A stretch of 64,000 nucleotides of DNA from an uncultured Acidobacteriota bacterium. GTDB taxonomy: Bacteria; Acidobacteriota; Thermoanaerobaculia; UBA5066. Made by a program: the position numbers and the translations under genes. The stretch covers positions 288,001 through 352,000 of the forward strand of contig CAVZYA010000002.1 in assembly GCA_963779415.1 (NCBI GenBank). The letters run 5' to 3'. Below, one piece after another: positions 49,841-60,937 of the stretch. The notes below the pieces were generated by a model. It did no database searches. It had not been told where the DNA came from and saw only the letters and a program-made list of their open reading frames with translations. How positions within the stretch are numbered: the first letter of the stretch is position 1; each line of letters opens with the position of its first letter.

Positions 49841-50836
49841 TCAGGTGGCTCCGAGCTTCTCGCCGAGGCGCCAGCAGAGGGCCGCCAGGAGAAGCCCCGC
49901 ATAGCCGTCCACCGCGTAATGCCAGCCGGTGACGAGCGAGCCGTAGAAGGTGAGCCCTGTGGCTGCGGCGAAAAAGATGAAGAGAGGCCGACTCCGTCTT
50001 CGCGCGAAGAGAGCGAGAAACGCGTGCGCCGCCACGTGGAGACTCGGCATCGCCCCGATGCCGAGGACCGGGAGGATCCGAATCGTCTCGTCCTGCGCCG
50101 CCGCGCCGAGGAGTGCGCGGTAGTGGGTCATGAGGATCTTCTGCGTCGCGGTCTGAAGGGGGAGGTTCTTCGCCGCCTGGGCGTAGTCCGCCGCGTAGAC
50201 GTAGCAGGGGCCAAGGGACGGGACGACGACGTAGATCCAGGCCCCGAGAAGCCAGAGGAGCGCGAAGCCCGCCGCGAAGCGGGCCCGCTCGGGGCGCGAC
50301 GGGGCCGTAAGGAACCACGCCATTCCCGCAACCGTGAGCGGGACGAACGCCGCGTAGTAGACGTCGATCGCCCGGAGGAAGAAGGGCCACGGGAAAAGGC
50401 CGAGCGCGAAAGGTCCCGGATTCAGTCCGAAATGGATCGCGGCGTCGAGGCGGGCCAGCGACCCGTCGAGGAGCTGCGGGTTCAGGAACGGCACGATGAC
50501 CTTGAGCCAGACATGGCCGTAGTAGACGAGGCTCGCGCCCGCCACGAGGCGGACGAGATCGAAGGCCGAGCGGGGACGGAACGTCATCGAGAGGAGCCGG
50601 CCGGCGCGCGGCGTCCCTCCGGACGCCGCGAGAGCGGCCGCTCGCACGGCCACCGCTCCCAGAACGAAGAGCGCCATCGGAATCGCGAAAAGGCGGATCC
50701 CGCGGAGCGTCCCCCACGGGAGAGAGGGGAAGCGGCCGACGGCACGGACGAGGACGAGGACCGCCGCGACGTGGAGAAGGACGAGAATCTCGTAGACGCG
50801 CGGACGGAGCCGGCGCACGAGGCCGGCCGGCGTCAT
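49841..50836 (-). CDS. PAP2-family (IPC-synthase-like) membrane protein
   Basis: PSLGP, AMPSLHVA, WHYAVDG. Confidence 0.85.
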   Translation of the reverse strand: MTPAGLVRRLRPRVYEILVLLHVAAVLVLVRAVGRFPSLPWGTLRGIRLFAIPMALFVLGAVAVRAAALAASGGTPRAGRLLSMTFRPRSAFDLVRLVAGASLVYYGHVWLKVIVPFLNPQLLDGSLARLDAAIHFGLNPGPFALGLFPWPFFLRAIDVYYAAFVPLTVAGMAWFLTAPSRPERARFAAGFALLWLLGAWIYVVVPSLGPCYVYAADYAQAAKNLPLQTATQKILMTHYRALLGAAAQDETIRILPVLGIGAMPSLHVAAHAFLALFARRRSRPLFIFFAAATGLTFYGSLVTGWHYAVDGYAGLLLAALCWRLGEKLGAT

Positions 50837-51846
50837 GCCCGCCGCCCGGGCGGCCGGCCCGCCCATCGCGCCGCGAGAGCGGCCATCACGAAGCCGGCAT
50901 AGCCGTCCACGGCGTAGTGCCAGCCGGTGACGAGCGAGCCGAAGAACGTCAGGGCGGCCGCCGTCGTGTAGAGAAGGAAGAGGGGCCGGCTCCGGCGTCG
51001 CGCGAAGAAAGCCACGTACGCCTGGGCCGCGACATGGAGACTGGGCATGGCCGCGACGCCGAGGACGGGGTCGATGACCATCCCTTCGGCGCCGCTCGTC
51101 CGGAGGCCCCGGACCAGGCGGTACTGCCGGAGGAGCCGTTCCTGCGTGAACGTCTGGAGCGGCATCGACCGCCGGGCCTCGACGAAGTCTCCGGGAAAGG
51201 CGTAGCACGGCCCGAGGCTCGGCACGGCGAGGTAGAGCCATGCCGAGGAGAGCCAGAGAACGGCGAGCCCGGAGGCGAACCGCGTCCGCTCCGCGATCGA
51301 GAGGCCCGTCGCGAACCAGCCGACGGCGATGAGGACCGTCGCGAGAAAGAGGCCGTAGAACGAATCGAGCGCGTGGAGGAGAGCCGGAAACGGAAGAAGC
51401 TCGAGGGCGAACCGGTTCACGTCCAGGCCGAGGTGGAGGGCGGCATCGAGGCGGGCGAGAGCGGCGTCCCGAAGCGACGCGTTCAGGAGCGGGACGGAGA
51501 CCTTGAGCCACGAGTAGCCGTACGCTGCGAGGGAGAGGACGGCGAAGAGGCGGACGAGGTCGACGAGGGGGCCGGGACGGACGAAGGCGCGAAGGAAGCG
51601 GCCGGCGCGACGGCTCCCCCGCCGCGCCGCCACCGCGCCCGTCCGGACGAGGAGCGCCGCGAAGACGAAGAGCGCGAGAAGGCCCGCGGCCGTCCGCGTG
51701 CCGGCCAGAGTTCCGAGGATCGGAAGGTCGATTCGCGCGACGCCCCGGATCAGGGCCACGACGACCACGACCTGCAGGATGACAAGGATCTCGTAGGCGC
51801 GGACGGGACGAAGGAGTCGTCTGCGGCCGCGGCCCGCCGTCACCAC
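50833..51846 (-). CDS. PAP2-family (IPC-synthase-like) membrane protein, paralogue
   Basis: PSLGP, AMPSLHVA, WHYAVDG. Confidence 0.85.
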   Translation of the reverse strand: MVTAGRGRRRLLRPVRAYEILVILQVVVVVALIRGVARIDLPILGTLAGTRTAAGLLALFVFAALLVRTGAVAARRGSRRAGRFLRAFVRPGPLVDLVRLFAVLSLAAYGYSWLKVSVPLLNASLRDAALARLDAALHLGLDVNRFALELLPFPALLHALDSFYGLFLATVLIAVGWFATGLSIAERTRFASGLAVLWLSSAWLYLAVPSLGPCYAFPGDFVEARRSMPLQTFTQERLLRQYRLVRGLRTSGAEGMVIDPVLGVAAMPSLHVAAQAYVAFFARRRSRPLFLLYTTAAALTFFGSLVTGWHYAVDGYAGFVMAALAARWAGRPPGRRA

Positions 51847-52259
51847 CCCCGGAACCTCTCGCGTTCGCGCCGCTCGCGCTTCGAGAGGCGGCCGCCCCCG
51901 TCTCCGCCCTCCGGGGCGAGGAGGCGCTCGAGGCGCCGCGCCTCGATCTGCTCCGGCGTCGGCGGGGGGGTCGTCTCCTCGCGGAGGGTCCGCGCGACGG
52001 CCTTCGGGAGGTGCCTTTCCGCGAGGGCGCGGACGACGAACGTCCGGCGCCCCGCCGCCATCGTGATGGCGAGCGTGTCACCCACACGGATCATCCTGTG
52101 GGGCGGGGCGGTGTGCCCGTTCACGTCCACCTTCCCCCCCTTGCAGGCGCCCGAGGCCTGCGACCGGGTCGGGAAGAGGCACGAGACGTCGAGGAAGACG
52201 TCCAGCCGGACTTCGGCGGGCCCGGCGGTGGTTTGTTCCTTCTTGGATGGCCGTTCCAT
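51840..52259 (-). CDS. hslR: S4-domain RNA-binding protein (Hsp15/HslR-like)
   Basis: VRLDVFL...TRSQA...GKVDVNG; GRLSKRERRE. Confidence 0.8.
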   Translation of the reverse strand: MERPSKKEQTTAGPAEVRLDVFLDVSCLFPTRSQASGACKGGKVDVNGHTAPPHRMIRVGDTLAITMAAGRRTFVVRALAERHLPKAVARTLREETTPPPTPEQIEARRLERLLAPEGGDGGGRLSKRERRERERFRGW

Positions 52260-52341
52260 CACGCACACCGCCATGCGCGGAGGGGACGGACGCGAAGCGT
52301 TCGTCGGGGAACCCGGCGACCGGGTTCCTCCCGGCCCATTC

Positions 52342-52710
52342 TCAAAAGACGAGCTTCTCGACTTTCTTGTCGAAGTTATAGACGTAACTGTACGTGAACA
52401 CCTCGACCGTCTCCTGGTATTTCACCTGGACGTTGATGTAGCCGCCGTTGCGGATGACGTTGACGTCCTGCGGCTTGACCGGCACGCGAATCTCCTGTGC
52501 CTTCATCAGAAGCTCATCCCGAAGCTTGTCGACGGGCTTCAGGCCGCCAAAGTTCGCCGCCTCGTTCATCGCATCGAACATCTCGGCCCCGCGGATGTGA
52601 AGCGGGATGATCTTGATGCCGGCCGTCACGGCCACGAAGAGGAGGCCGAGGCCGATGAGAAGGCCGAACATCCCCTCGCCCCGCTGCCACCGCCTCGACT
52701 CTCCGCGCAT
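52342..52710 (-). CDS. DUF4845-like small membrane protein
   Basis: QRGEG pilin-like N-terminus plus TM helix; downstream of lepB. Confidence 0.65.
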   Translation of the reverse strand: MRGESRRWQRGEGMFGLLIGLGLLFVAVTAGIKIIPLHIRGAEMFDAMNEAANFGGLKPVDKLRDELLMKAQEIRVPVKPQDVNVIRNGGYINVQVKYQETVEVFTYSYVYNFDKKVEKLVF

Positions 52711-52746
52711 CGTTTCCCCTCCCCCGAGCCGGCCGCGGGAACGGCG

Positions 52747-53457
52747 TCACCGGACCCGGCGGCCTGTTCGCCCCCAGCGGGTTCTCTCGAAAAAGTGTAG
52801 CGCGTTATCGAGGAGCCGGCGCAGCCCCGCCCCGCGCCCCCGGATCCCCGCGGCCGCCCCTTCATCGAAGGACCAGTAGATCAGGACGGACCGCCCCTTG
52901 AGATGGCTCCGCGGAACGGGGCCGAAGACGCGCGAGTCGAGCGAGTCGTCACGGTTGTCGCCGAGGGCAAGGTACTCCCCCGAAGTGAGCGTGAGCGGCC
53001 CGAAATGGTCACGGGTCGCGAGGAGCTTCGGCACATCCGGGCTCTTCGGGAGGACGTCCGGATCGCGGTGGACGGCGTACGGCTCTTCCCGGGCCACCCC
53101 GTCCACGAGGAGGCGCTTCGCGGCGATCTCGACGGTTTCCCCCGGCAGTCCGACGAAGCGCTTCACGAGGTCCCGCGACGGCTCGGCCGGCGACCGGAAG
53201 ACGACGACGTCCCCGCGTGCCGGGTCTCGTCTCGGCAGGAGCCGTCCCCAGGGCCCGGCGGAGGCGCCGTAGAGGAACTTGTCGACGACGATGTGGTCTC
53301 CCGGAAGGAGCCCCGGCTCCATCGACCCGCTCGGGATGTTGAAGGCCTCGACGACCCAGGTCCGGAAGAAGAGCGCCACGAGGACGGCCGCGAGCATCGC
53401 CTCGGCGTAGGCGGAAAGCTCGGCCAAAAGCGGCCGGCGCCGGGCGGCGACCGCCAT
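52747..53457 (-). CDS. lepB: Signal peptidase I
   Basis: IPSGSMEP, VKR, GDNRDDSLDSR. Confidence 0.93.
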   Translation of the reverse strand: MAVAARRRPLLAELSAYAEAMLAAVLVALFFRTWVVEAFNIPSGSMEPGLLPGDHIVVDKFLYGASAGPWGRLLPRRDPARGDVVVFRSPAEPSRDLVKRFVGLPGETVEIAAKRLLVDGVAREEPYAVHRDPDVLPKSPDVPKLLATRDHFGPLTLTSGEYLALGDNRDDSLDSRVFGPVPRSHLKGRSVLIYWSFDEGAAAGIRGRGAGLRRLLDNALHFFERTRWGRTGRRVR

Positions 53458-55256
53458 CAGTCGACCTTCAGGACGGCGAGGAAAGCCTCCTGCGGCAGGT
53501 CGACGCGGCCGACCTTCTTCATCCGCTTCTTCCCTTCCTTCTGCTTCTCGAGGAGCTTCCTCTTCCGGGTGATGTCTCCGCCATAGCACTTCGCGAGGAC
53601 GTTCTTCCGGAGCGCCTTGACCGTCTGGCGCGCGATGATCTTCGAGCCGATCCCCGCCTGGATGACGACCTCGAACATCTGCTGCGGGATCATCTCCTTC
53701 ATCTTCTCGCAGAGCGCCCGTCCCTTCGCCGCCGCCTTCTCGCGGTGGACGATGAGGGCGAGCGCGTCGACGGGGTCCCCGTTCAGGAGGATGTCGAGCT
53801 TCACGAGGTCCCCGGGGCGGTAGTCGATGAGCTGGTAGTCGAACGACGCGTAGCCGCGAGAGATCGACTTCAGCTTGTCGTAGAAATCGAGGATCACCTC
53901 GTTCAGGGGAAATTCGTACTTCAGGACCGCCCGGTCGGTCCCGGCGTACTCCAGCGAGACCTGGTTTCCCCGCCGCTCCTCCGCGAGGGCGAGGAGCCCC
54001 CCGAGGAACTCGTCCTTCGTGATGATCGTCGCGAGGATGTACGGTTCGCGGATCTCGTCGACCAGCTGCGGCCCCGGAAGCTTCACCGGGTTCGAAATCA
54101 TCACGGTTTCGCCACGGGTCGTCAGGACTTCGTACGGGACGGAGGGGGCCGTCGTCACGAGCGAAAGGTTGAACTCCCTCTCGAGGCGCTCCTGGACGAT
54201 CTCCATGTGGAGGAGGCCGAGGTAGCCGCATCGGAAGCCGAAGCCGAGGGCCGTCGACGACTCGGGCTCGAACGTGAACGACGCGTCGTTCAGGCGGAGC
54301 TTTTCCATCGCGTCGCGAAGGTTCTCGTAGTCGTCCGACTCGATCGGGAAGAGCGACGCGAAGACCATCGGCCTCACGTCCTGAAAGCCGGGAAGGGCCT
54401 CGGCGGTGGGGCGCTCCGCTTCGGTCATCGTGTCGCCGATCTTCGTGGCGTGGAGGTCCTTGATCCCGGCGATGACGTAACCGACCTCGCCGACGGAGAG
54501 CTCGGGAACGACCTCGGCCTTCGGAGAGAAGATCCCGACCTCCTGCACCTCGAAGGCGAGACCCGCCCCCATCATCCGGATCCGCATCCCCGGCCGGATC
54601 GTGCCTTCGTGGACCCGGACGAGGCAGGTGACGCCACGGTAGATGTCGAACCAGGAGTCGAAGAGGAGGGCCTTCAGGGGCGCGGCGGGATCTCCGGCAG
54701 GGGGCGGGACGAGATGAACGATCTCCTCGAGAAGGTCCCTGACACCCGTTCCGACCTTCCCCGAGGTGAGGACGGCGTGCTTCGCGGGGATCCCGAGCAC
54801 TTCTTCGATTTGCTCGCGGGCCATCTCGGGGACGGCCGACGGGAGGTCGACCTTGTTGATGCAGGGGACGATCGTCAGGTTGTTGTGGATCGCGAGGTAG
54901 GCGTTCGCGAGCGTCTGCGCCTCGACCCCCTGCGTCGAGTCGACGACGAGAACGGCCCCCTCGCACGCGGCGAGCGAGCGGGAGACCTCGTACGTGAAGT
55001 CGACGTGCCCCGGCGTGTCGATCAGGTTCAGGATGTAGTCGTCGCCGTCCTCCGAGCGGTACTTCAGCGTGACGGAGCGGGCCTTGATCGTGATGCCACG
55101 CTCCTTCTCGATCGGGTTGTCGTCGAGCACCTGCGCGTGCATCTCGCGGGCGGAGAGCGCTCCGGTGATCTCGAGGATCCGGTCCGAGAGCGTCGTCTTC
55201 CCGTGGTCGATGTGGGCGACGATCGAGAAATTGCGGATGTGCGAGGGGTCCGTCAT
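53457..55256 (-). CDS. lepA: Elongation factor 4 (LepA)
   Basis: [37 protein letters not shown]. Confidence 0.98.
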   Translation of the reverse strand: MTDPSHIRNFSIVAHIDHGKTTLSDRILEITGALSAREMHAQVLDDNPIEKERGITIKARSVTLKYRSEDGDDYILNLIDTPGHVDFTYEVSRSLAACEGAVLVVDSTQGVEAQTLANAYLAIHNNLTIVPCINKVDLPSAVPEMAREQIEEVLGIPAKHAVLTSGKVGTGVRDLLEEIVHLVPPPAGDPAAPLKALLFDSWFDIYRGVTCLVRVHEGTIRPGMRIRMMGAGLAFEVQEVGIFSPKAEVVPELSVGEVGYVIAGIKDLHATKIGDTMTEAERPTAEALPGFQDVRPMVFASLFPIESDDYENLRDAMEKLRLNDASFTFEPESSTALGFGFRCGYLGLLHMEIVQERLEREFNLSLVTTAPSVPYEVLTTRGETVMISNPVKLPGPQLVDEIREPYILATIITKDEFLGGLLALAEERRGNQVSLEYAGTDRAVLKYEFPLNEVILDFYDKLKSISRGYASFDYQLIDYRPGDLVKLDILLNGDPVDALALIVHREKAAAKGRALCEKMKEMIPQQMFEVVIQAGIGSKIIARQTVKALRKNVLAKCYGGDITRKRKLLEKQKEGKKRMKKVGRVDLPQEAFLAVLKVD

Positions 55257-55334
55257 GGGGTCCCGCGCCCGGCCCGGGGGCCCGGGCGACGCGGGGGCGT
55301 CATTCTAGCGGACGCCCCTCTTGCCCCGGGCCTT

Positions 55335-55994
55335 CTAGCGGCTTCCGAAGATGGCCGTCCCGATCCGGACGAGCGTCGCCCCTTCCTCGATCGCCGCCTC
55401 GAAGTCGTCGCTCATCCCCATCGAGAGGGCCGGAAGGCCGATCTCTCCGGCGAGCCGGCGGAGCGTCGCGAAGTGGGGGCGGGTCTCTCCCGGAGGGGGG
55501 ATCGTCATCAGGCCCGCCAGATCGAGCGCCGGGAGGGACCGGACCACTCCGGCAAGCCCCGGGAGCAATTCCGGGAGGACGCCCGCCTTCGTCGCCTCGC
55601 CGCCGAGGTGGACTTCGAGGAACACCTTCAGCCGCCTTCCGGCGATCTCGGCTCCGCGGGCGAGCCGCTGTGCGATCTCTGCCGCGTCGATCGTCTGGAC
55701 GACGTCGGCGATCTTCGCGGCGCGATTCGCCTTGTTCGACTGGATCGGACCGATGAGATGCCGGACAGCGTCCGCGGGAAGAGCCGGGAACTTCTCTCCG
55801 GCTTCCTGTACCCGGTTCTCGCCGAAGTCGCGGACGCCGGCCGCGTACGCATGGAGAAGATCCTCGAGCGGCTTCGTCTTCCCGACGGCGACGAGCGTGA
55901 TCGAGGCCGGGTCGCGCCGGGCGCGCGCGGCTGCATTCGCGATCCGCTCCCGCACCTTCTCGAGGTTCGTCGCGATCTCCTCCGCACGGTTCAC
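55335..55994 (-). CDS. yggS: PLP homeostasis protein YggS
   Basis: FGENRVQE, IGPIQSNK, LSMGMSDD, VRIGTAIFG. Confidence 0.93.
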   Translation of the reverse strand: MNRAEEIATNLEKVRERIANAAARARRDPASITLVAVGKTKPLEDLLHAYAAGVRDFGENRVQEAGEKFPALPADAVRHLIGPIQSNKANRAAKIADVVQTIDAAEIAQRLARGAEIAGRRLKVFLEVHLGGEATKAGVLPELLPGLAGVVRSLPALDLAGLMTIPPPGETRPHFATLRRLAGEIGLPALSMGMSDDFEAAIEEGATLVRIGTAIFGSR

Positions 55995-56398
55995 GGCTTT
56001 TCCTCCTCGTCGAGCGCGGCGTTCGCGAGGGCGTCGGCCTCACGGTTTTCGCGGCGCGGGACGTGGACCACCTCGAGCCGCCGGAATCGCCGCGCCTTCT
56101 GGCGCGCCGCGGCGAGGTACGGGGCGAGGTGATGCGCCTTCACCCGGTACGTCCCGAGGAACTGCTTGACGACGAGCTCGCTGTCGGCCCGGACCTCGAC
56201 GACGGTCGCTCCCGCCTCGGCCGCCAGGTCGAGCGCCGCGAGAAACCCCTGCCACTCGGCCACGTTGTTCGTCGTCCGGCCGATCGTCCGGCTCGCCGAG
56301 CGGCCCGCCGGAGAGAAGACCCCCCACGCGGCGGGACCGGGGTTTCCACGCGATGCGCCGTCGAAGTAGACGACGAAGGGGGGCTTACTCGCCTCCAT
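55991..56398 (-). CDS. rnhA: Ribonuclease HI family protein
   Basis: DGASRGNPG, TNNVAE, DSELVVKQ, NREADALAN. Confidence 0.88.
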   Translation of the reverse strand: MEASKPPFVVYFDGASRGNPGPAAWGVFSPAGRSASRTIGRTTNNVAEWQGFLAALDLAAEAGATVVEVRADSELVVKQFLGTYRVKAHHLAPYLAAARQKARRFRRLEVVHVPRRENREADALANAALDEEEKP

Positions 56399-57116
56399 CC
56401 CAGTAGAGGATCCGCTTGCAGCTGTCGCAGATGATCGGCTCTTTGGAGAGCCGGATGTCCGAGAGGAGCTGCGGACGGAGGCGGACGTGGCAGGCCGTGC
56501 ACGAGGCTGTCTGCGGCCCGACCATGGCGACGCGGGCGAGCGCCACGCCGCCACGTCTGCCGGCGATCTGCCGGAAGCGGCGAAGCAGCACTTTGTCGAT
56601 CGTCTTCTCGAGCGCGCGCGCCGCCTCCTCGGCGGCCGCGATCTCCTTCGCGAGGGAGGCCTGCTCGGCGCGCCATTCCTTCATCTGTTCCTCGTAGCCC
56701 GCCTCTTCCTCCGGGAAGGAAGCCTCGTGCGCGGCGACCTCGGCCGAGGAGGCCGCGAGGTTCTCCTCGAGTCCGAGGATCTCGTCCTCGCGGGTCCGGA
56801 TCTCGCGTTTGACCGCGTCGAGCTCGTTCAACAGGGCGCCATACTCGCGATTCGTCTTCACCGAGGGGAGCTGCTGCTGGTACTTCTTCAGCTTCTCGGC
56901 GAGGTCCGAGATCTCCTCCTCGAGGACGTTCTTTCGGGCGCCCGCACGCACGTGCTTCTCGTCGGCCTCGTGGCGGCGCCGTCGCGCGTCCTGGAAGGCC
57001 GCCTCGACGTGGGTCAGGTGGTCGGGGGTCCGGGACATCCGCTCCGTCTTCCGCTGGACATCGAGGAGCAGCTCCTGAAGCCGATAGAGCGGTTCCAGGG
57101 GGTGGTCCGGGCTCAT
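56385..57116 (-). CDS. Coiled-coil C4 zinc-ribbon protein (DUF164-like)
   Basis: Coiled coil plus CTACH...CDSCKRILY. Confidence 0.88.
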   Translation of the reverse strand: MSPDHPLEPLYRLQELLLDVQRKTERMSRTPDHLTHVEAAFQDARRRRHEADEKHVRAGARKNVLEEEISDLAEKLKKYQQQLPSVKTNREYGALLNELDAVKREIRTREDEILGLEENLAASSAEVAAHEASFPEEEAGYEEQMKEWRAEQASLAKEIAAAEEAARALEKTIDKVLLRRFRQIAGRRGGVALARVAMVGPQTASCTACHVRLRPQLLSDIRLSKEPIICDSCKRILYWDGGE

Positions 57117-57255
57117 GCGCACCCTCCCTGAAAAAGGAACGGGCGCCGTTCGGCGCCCATCTTCATCCCGCGAGAAAACCGGCGCCGCGCGGCGCCGGAG
57201 GAGATCGTGATTTCGCTTCGCACCCCTTGCTTCTCTCCTCCACCGGCGGGACCGG

Positions 57256-57328
57256 TGGGTCCGCCCGGATTCGAACCGGGGACCTGCCGGTTATGAGCCG
57301 GTGGCTCTGACCGCTGAGCTACGGACCC
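57256..57328 (-). tRNA. tRNA with CAT anticodon (likely tRNA-Ile2; elongator Met not excluded)
   Basis: GGGTCCG acceptor stem, TAGCTCAG D-arm, CTCATAA loop, GGTTCGAATCC T-arm. Confidence 0.92.
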
Positions 57329-57360
57329 AAAAGGGCCGGACTTCGAAGGATAGCAGGGTT

Positions 57361-59103
<1,743 letters not shown>

Positions 59104-59110
59104 CGAATCG

Positions 59111-60937
59111 TCACTCCCTGGCGTCCCCTGTATTGGGACGCCTCAACTCCGATTTGAGTTCCGCCTTGAGGCGAGAGGCCTCGACGGCCAGCCCGTGCTT
59201 TTCTCTCGTGAGCCTCGCATGGGCATCTATGTCTCCGGCAATCTCGGCCTTCTGGATCTCAGGCTGAAGCCGAGCCGCCGACTCCTCCAAGAAACGTATT
59301 TTGAGCTGCAGCAATGGGATATGAAGGCGCCCGAACCCCCTGCCCCCTTGTTCCTTCTCTTCTCCCGAAAACGACTCCTGAAGCAGAAGGCGAGCAACCC
59401 ACGCGCCCGCATCCGCTCCAACATGGGACTCGAGATCAGAAAAATCAAGGGGCTGCCCCGCCTCGGCCCGGGACTTGAGCGCCGTAAATAGTTCTCTGGC
59501 AATGGGATGAGAGAAAATCTCCGATGGAATCCGCGGTATCACCGAGACGGCGTCTTCCCACTCCGCAATCAGAAGTGAAAGGACCCTCTCCTCCCCCTCG
59601 GGGAGCTTCTTCGGAGACGCGTCCCTTGCGGCCGCGGACCCCCCCTCGGGCCTGGTGGGAACCAGGGCCGAAGCCGAGAGGACGCCTAAGGGCACCCCGG
59701 TGCCACGGGAGAGGGCCGACAGCAGCTCGTGGCGAAGAACCGCCTCCCGAGCCTGGGAGACGATCTCGGCGGCCTCCTTGAGGCGTCCGGCTCGAGCCGT
59801 GGGATCTTCCCCGGCGAGAGGGATCCGCGAGAGGAGGGCAGGAACGATCGCGGGGGCCGCACTCACGGCTGCCCGGAGCGCTTCCGGCCCTTTCTCCTGA
59901 AGGAAGGAATCCGGGTCGTGCCCGTCCGGCAGCGCGAGGTGCCTCACGGCGACGCCCCGCGAAAGGAGGAGCGGGAAGGCCTTGTACGACGCCGCGATGC
60001 CGGCGGCGTCTCCGTCGTACCCGACGACGACCGTCGCGGCATGTCGGGCGAGGAGATCGGATTGCGAAGGGGTCAGCGCGGTCCCCATCGACGCGACCGC
60101 GTTCTCGCATCCGGCCCGGGCGAGAGCGATCTGGTCGAAGTACCCCTCGACGAGGATCGCCGTTTCCGACCGGCGGATCGGCTCCTTCGCCCGGTCGAGG
60201 CCGTAGAGGATCTTCCCTTTCGTGAAGCGGTTCGTCTCGGGTGTGTTCAGGTATTTCGGGAGGTCGTCCCCGAGGGCGCGTGCTCCAAATCCGAGCACCT
60301 CGCCGCGTGCGTCGCGGATCTCGATCGTGAGGCGGTTGCGGAACCGGTCGTAGACGCGCCCCGTGTCGGGATGCCGTTGAAGAAGACCCGCCTCGACGAG
60401 AGCCTCCTCGGTGAAACGGGGCGACAGCGACGACTTGAGCGTCTCCCATCCGTCGGGGGCTGCGCCGATGCCGAAGCCGGACGCTTCTTCGATGCCGAGA
60501 CCGCGCCGGGCGAGGAGAGCCACGGCGGCGGCGTGGCGGGGGAGCGCGGCCGAGAAGAACGCCGCGGCCGCGGCGAGCGCCTCGGCGACGCGCGTCTCCT
60601 TCGCGCGGTCGGCCCGCGTCCCTCCCTTCCGGACGGGGAGCGTGATCCCGGCCTGCCGGGCGAGATAGGCGACCGCTTCCGGAAACTCGAGACGCTCGGT
60701 CTCGCGCACGAACGTGATCGCATCCCCCTTCGCCCCGCAGCCGAAGCAGTAATAGAAACCCTTCTCCGGGTGGACGTGGAAGGAAGGCGTCTTCTCCGTG
60801 TGGAACGGGCAGAGACCTTTCCACGAGCGCCCGGTCTTCTTCAGGCCGGTGACGGCTCCGATCAGCGAGACGAGATCGGTCGCCGAAAGGACGTCCCTCT
60901 TGACGTCATCGCTCAAGTCGTAGAAGACGTCAGACAT
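59111..60937 (-). CDS. dnaG: DNA primase
   Basis: [11 protein letters not shown]...[27 protein letters not shown]. Confidence 0.97.
   Translation of the reverse strand: MSDVFYDLSDDVKRDVLSATDLVSLIGAVTGLKKTGRSWKGLCPFHTEKTPSFHVHPEKGFYYCFGCGAKGDAITFVRETERLEFPEAVAYLARQAGITLPVRKGGTRADRAKETRVAEALAAAAAFFSAALPRHAAAVALLARRGLGIEEASGFGIGAAPDGWETLKSSLSPRFTEEALVEAGLLQRHPDTGRVYDRFRNRLTIEIRDARGEVLGFGARALGDDLPKYLNTPETNRFTKGKILYGLDRAKEPIRRSETAILVEGYFDQIALARAGCENAVASMGTALTPSQSDLLARHAATVVVGYDGDAAGIAASYKAFPLLLSRGVAVRHLALPDGHDPDSFLQEKGPEALRAAVSAAPAIVPALLSRIPLAGEDPTARAGRLKEAAEIVSQAREAVLRHELLSALSRGTGVPLGVLSASALVPTRPEGGSAAARDASPKKLPEGEERVLSLLIAEWEDAVSVIPRIPSEIFSHPIARELFTALKSRAEAGQPLDFSDLESHVGADAGAWVARLLLQESFSGEEKEQGGRGFGRLHIPLLQLKIRFLEESAARLQPEIQKAEIAGDIDAHARLTREKHGLAVEASRLKAELKSELRRPNTGDARE

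Noticed and set aside
57253-57256. tRNA lacking a fully encoded CCA as a sign of integration
   Set aside because: Non-encoded CCA is common, and no duplicated 3' end of this tRNA was seen in the window.
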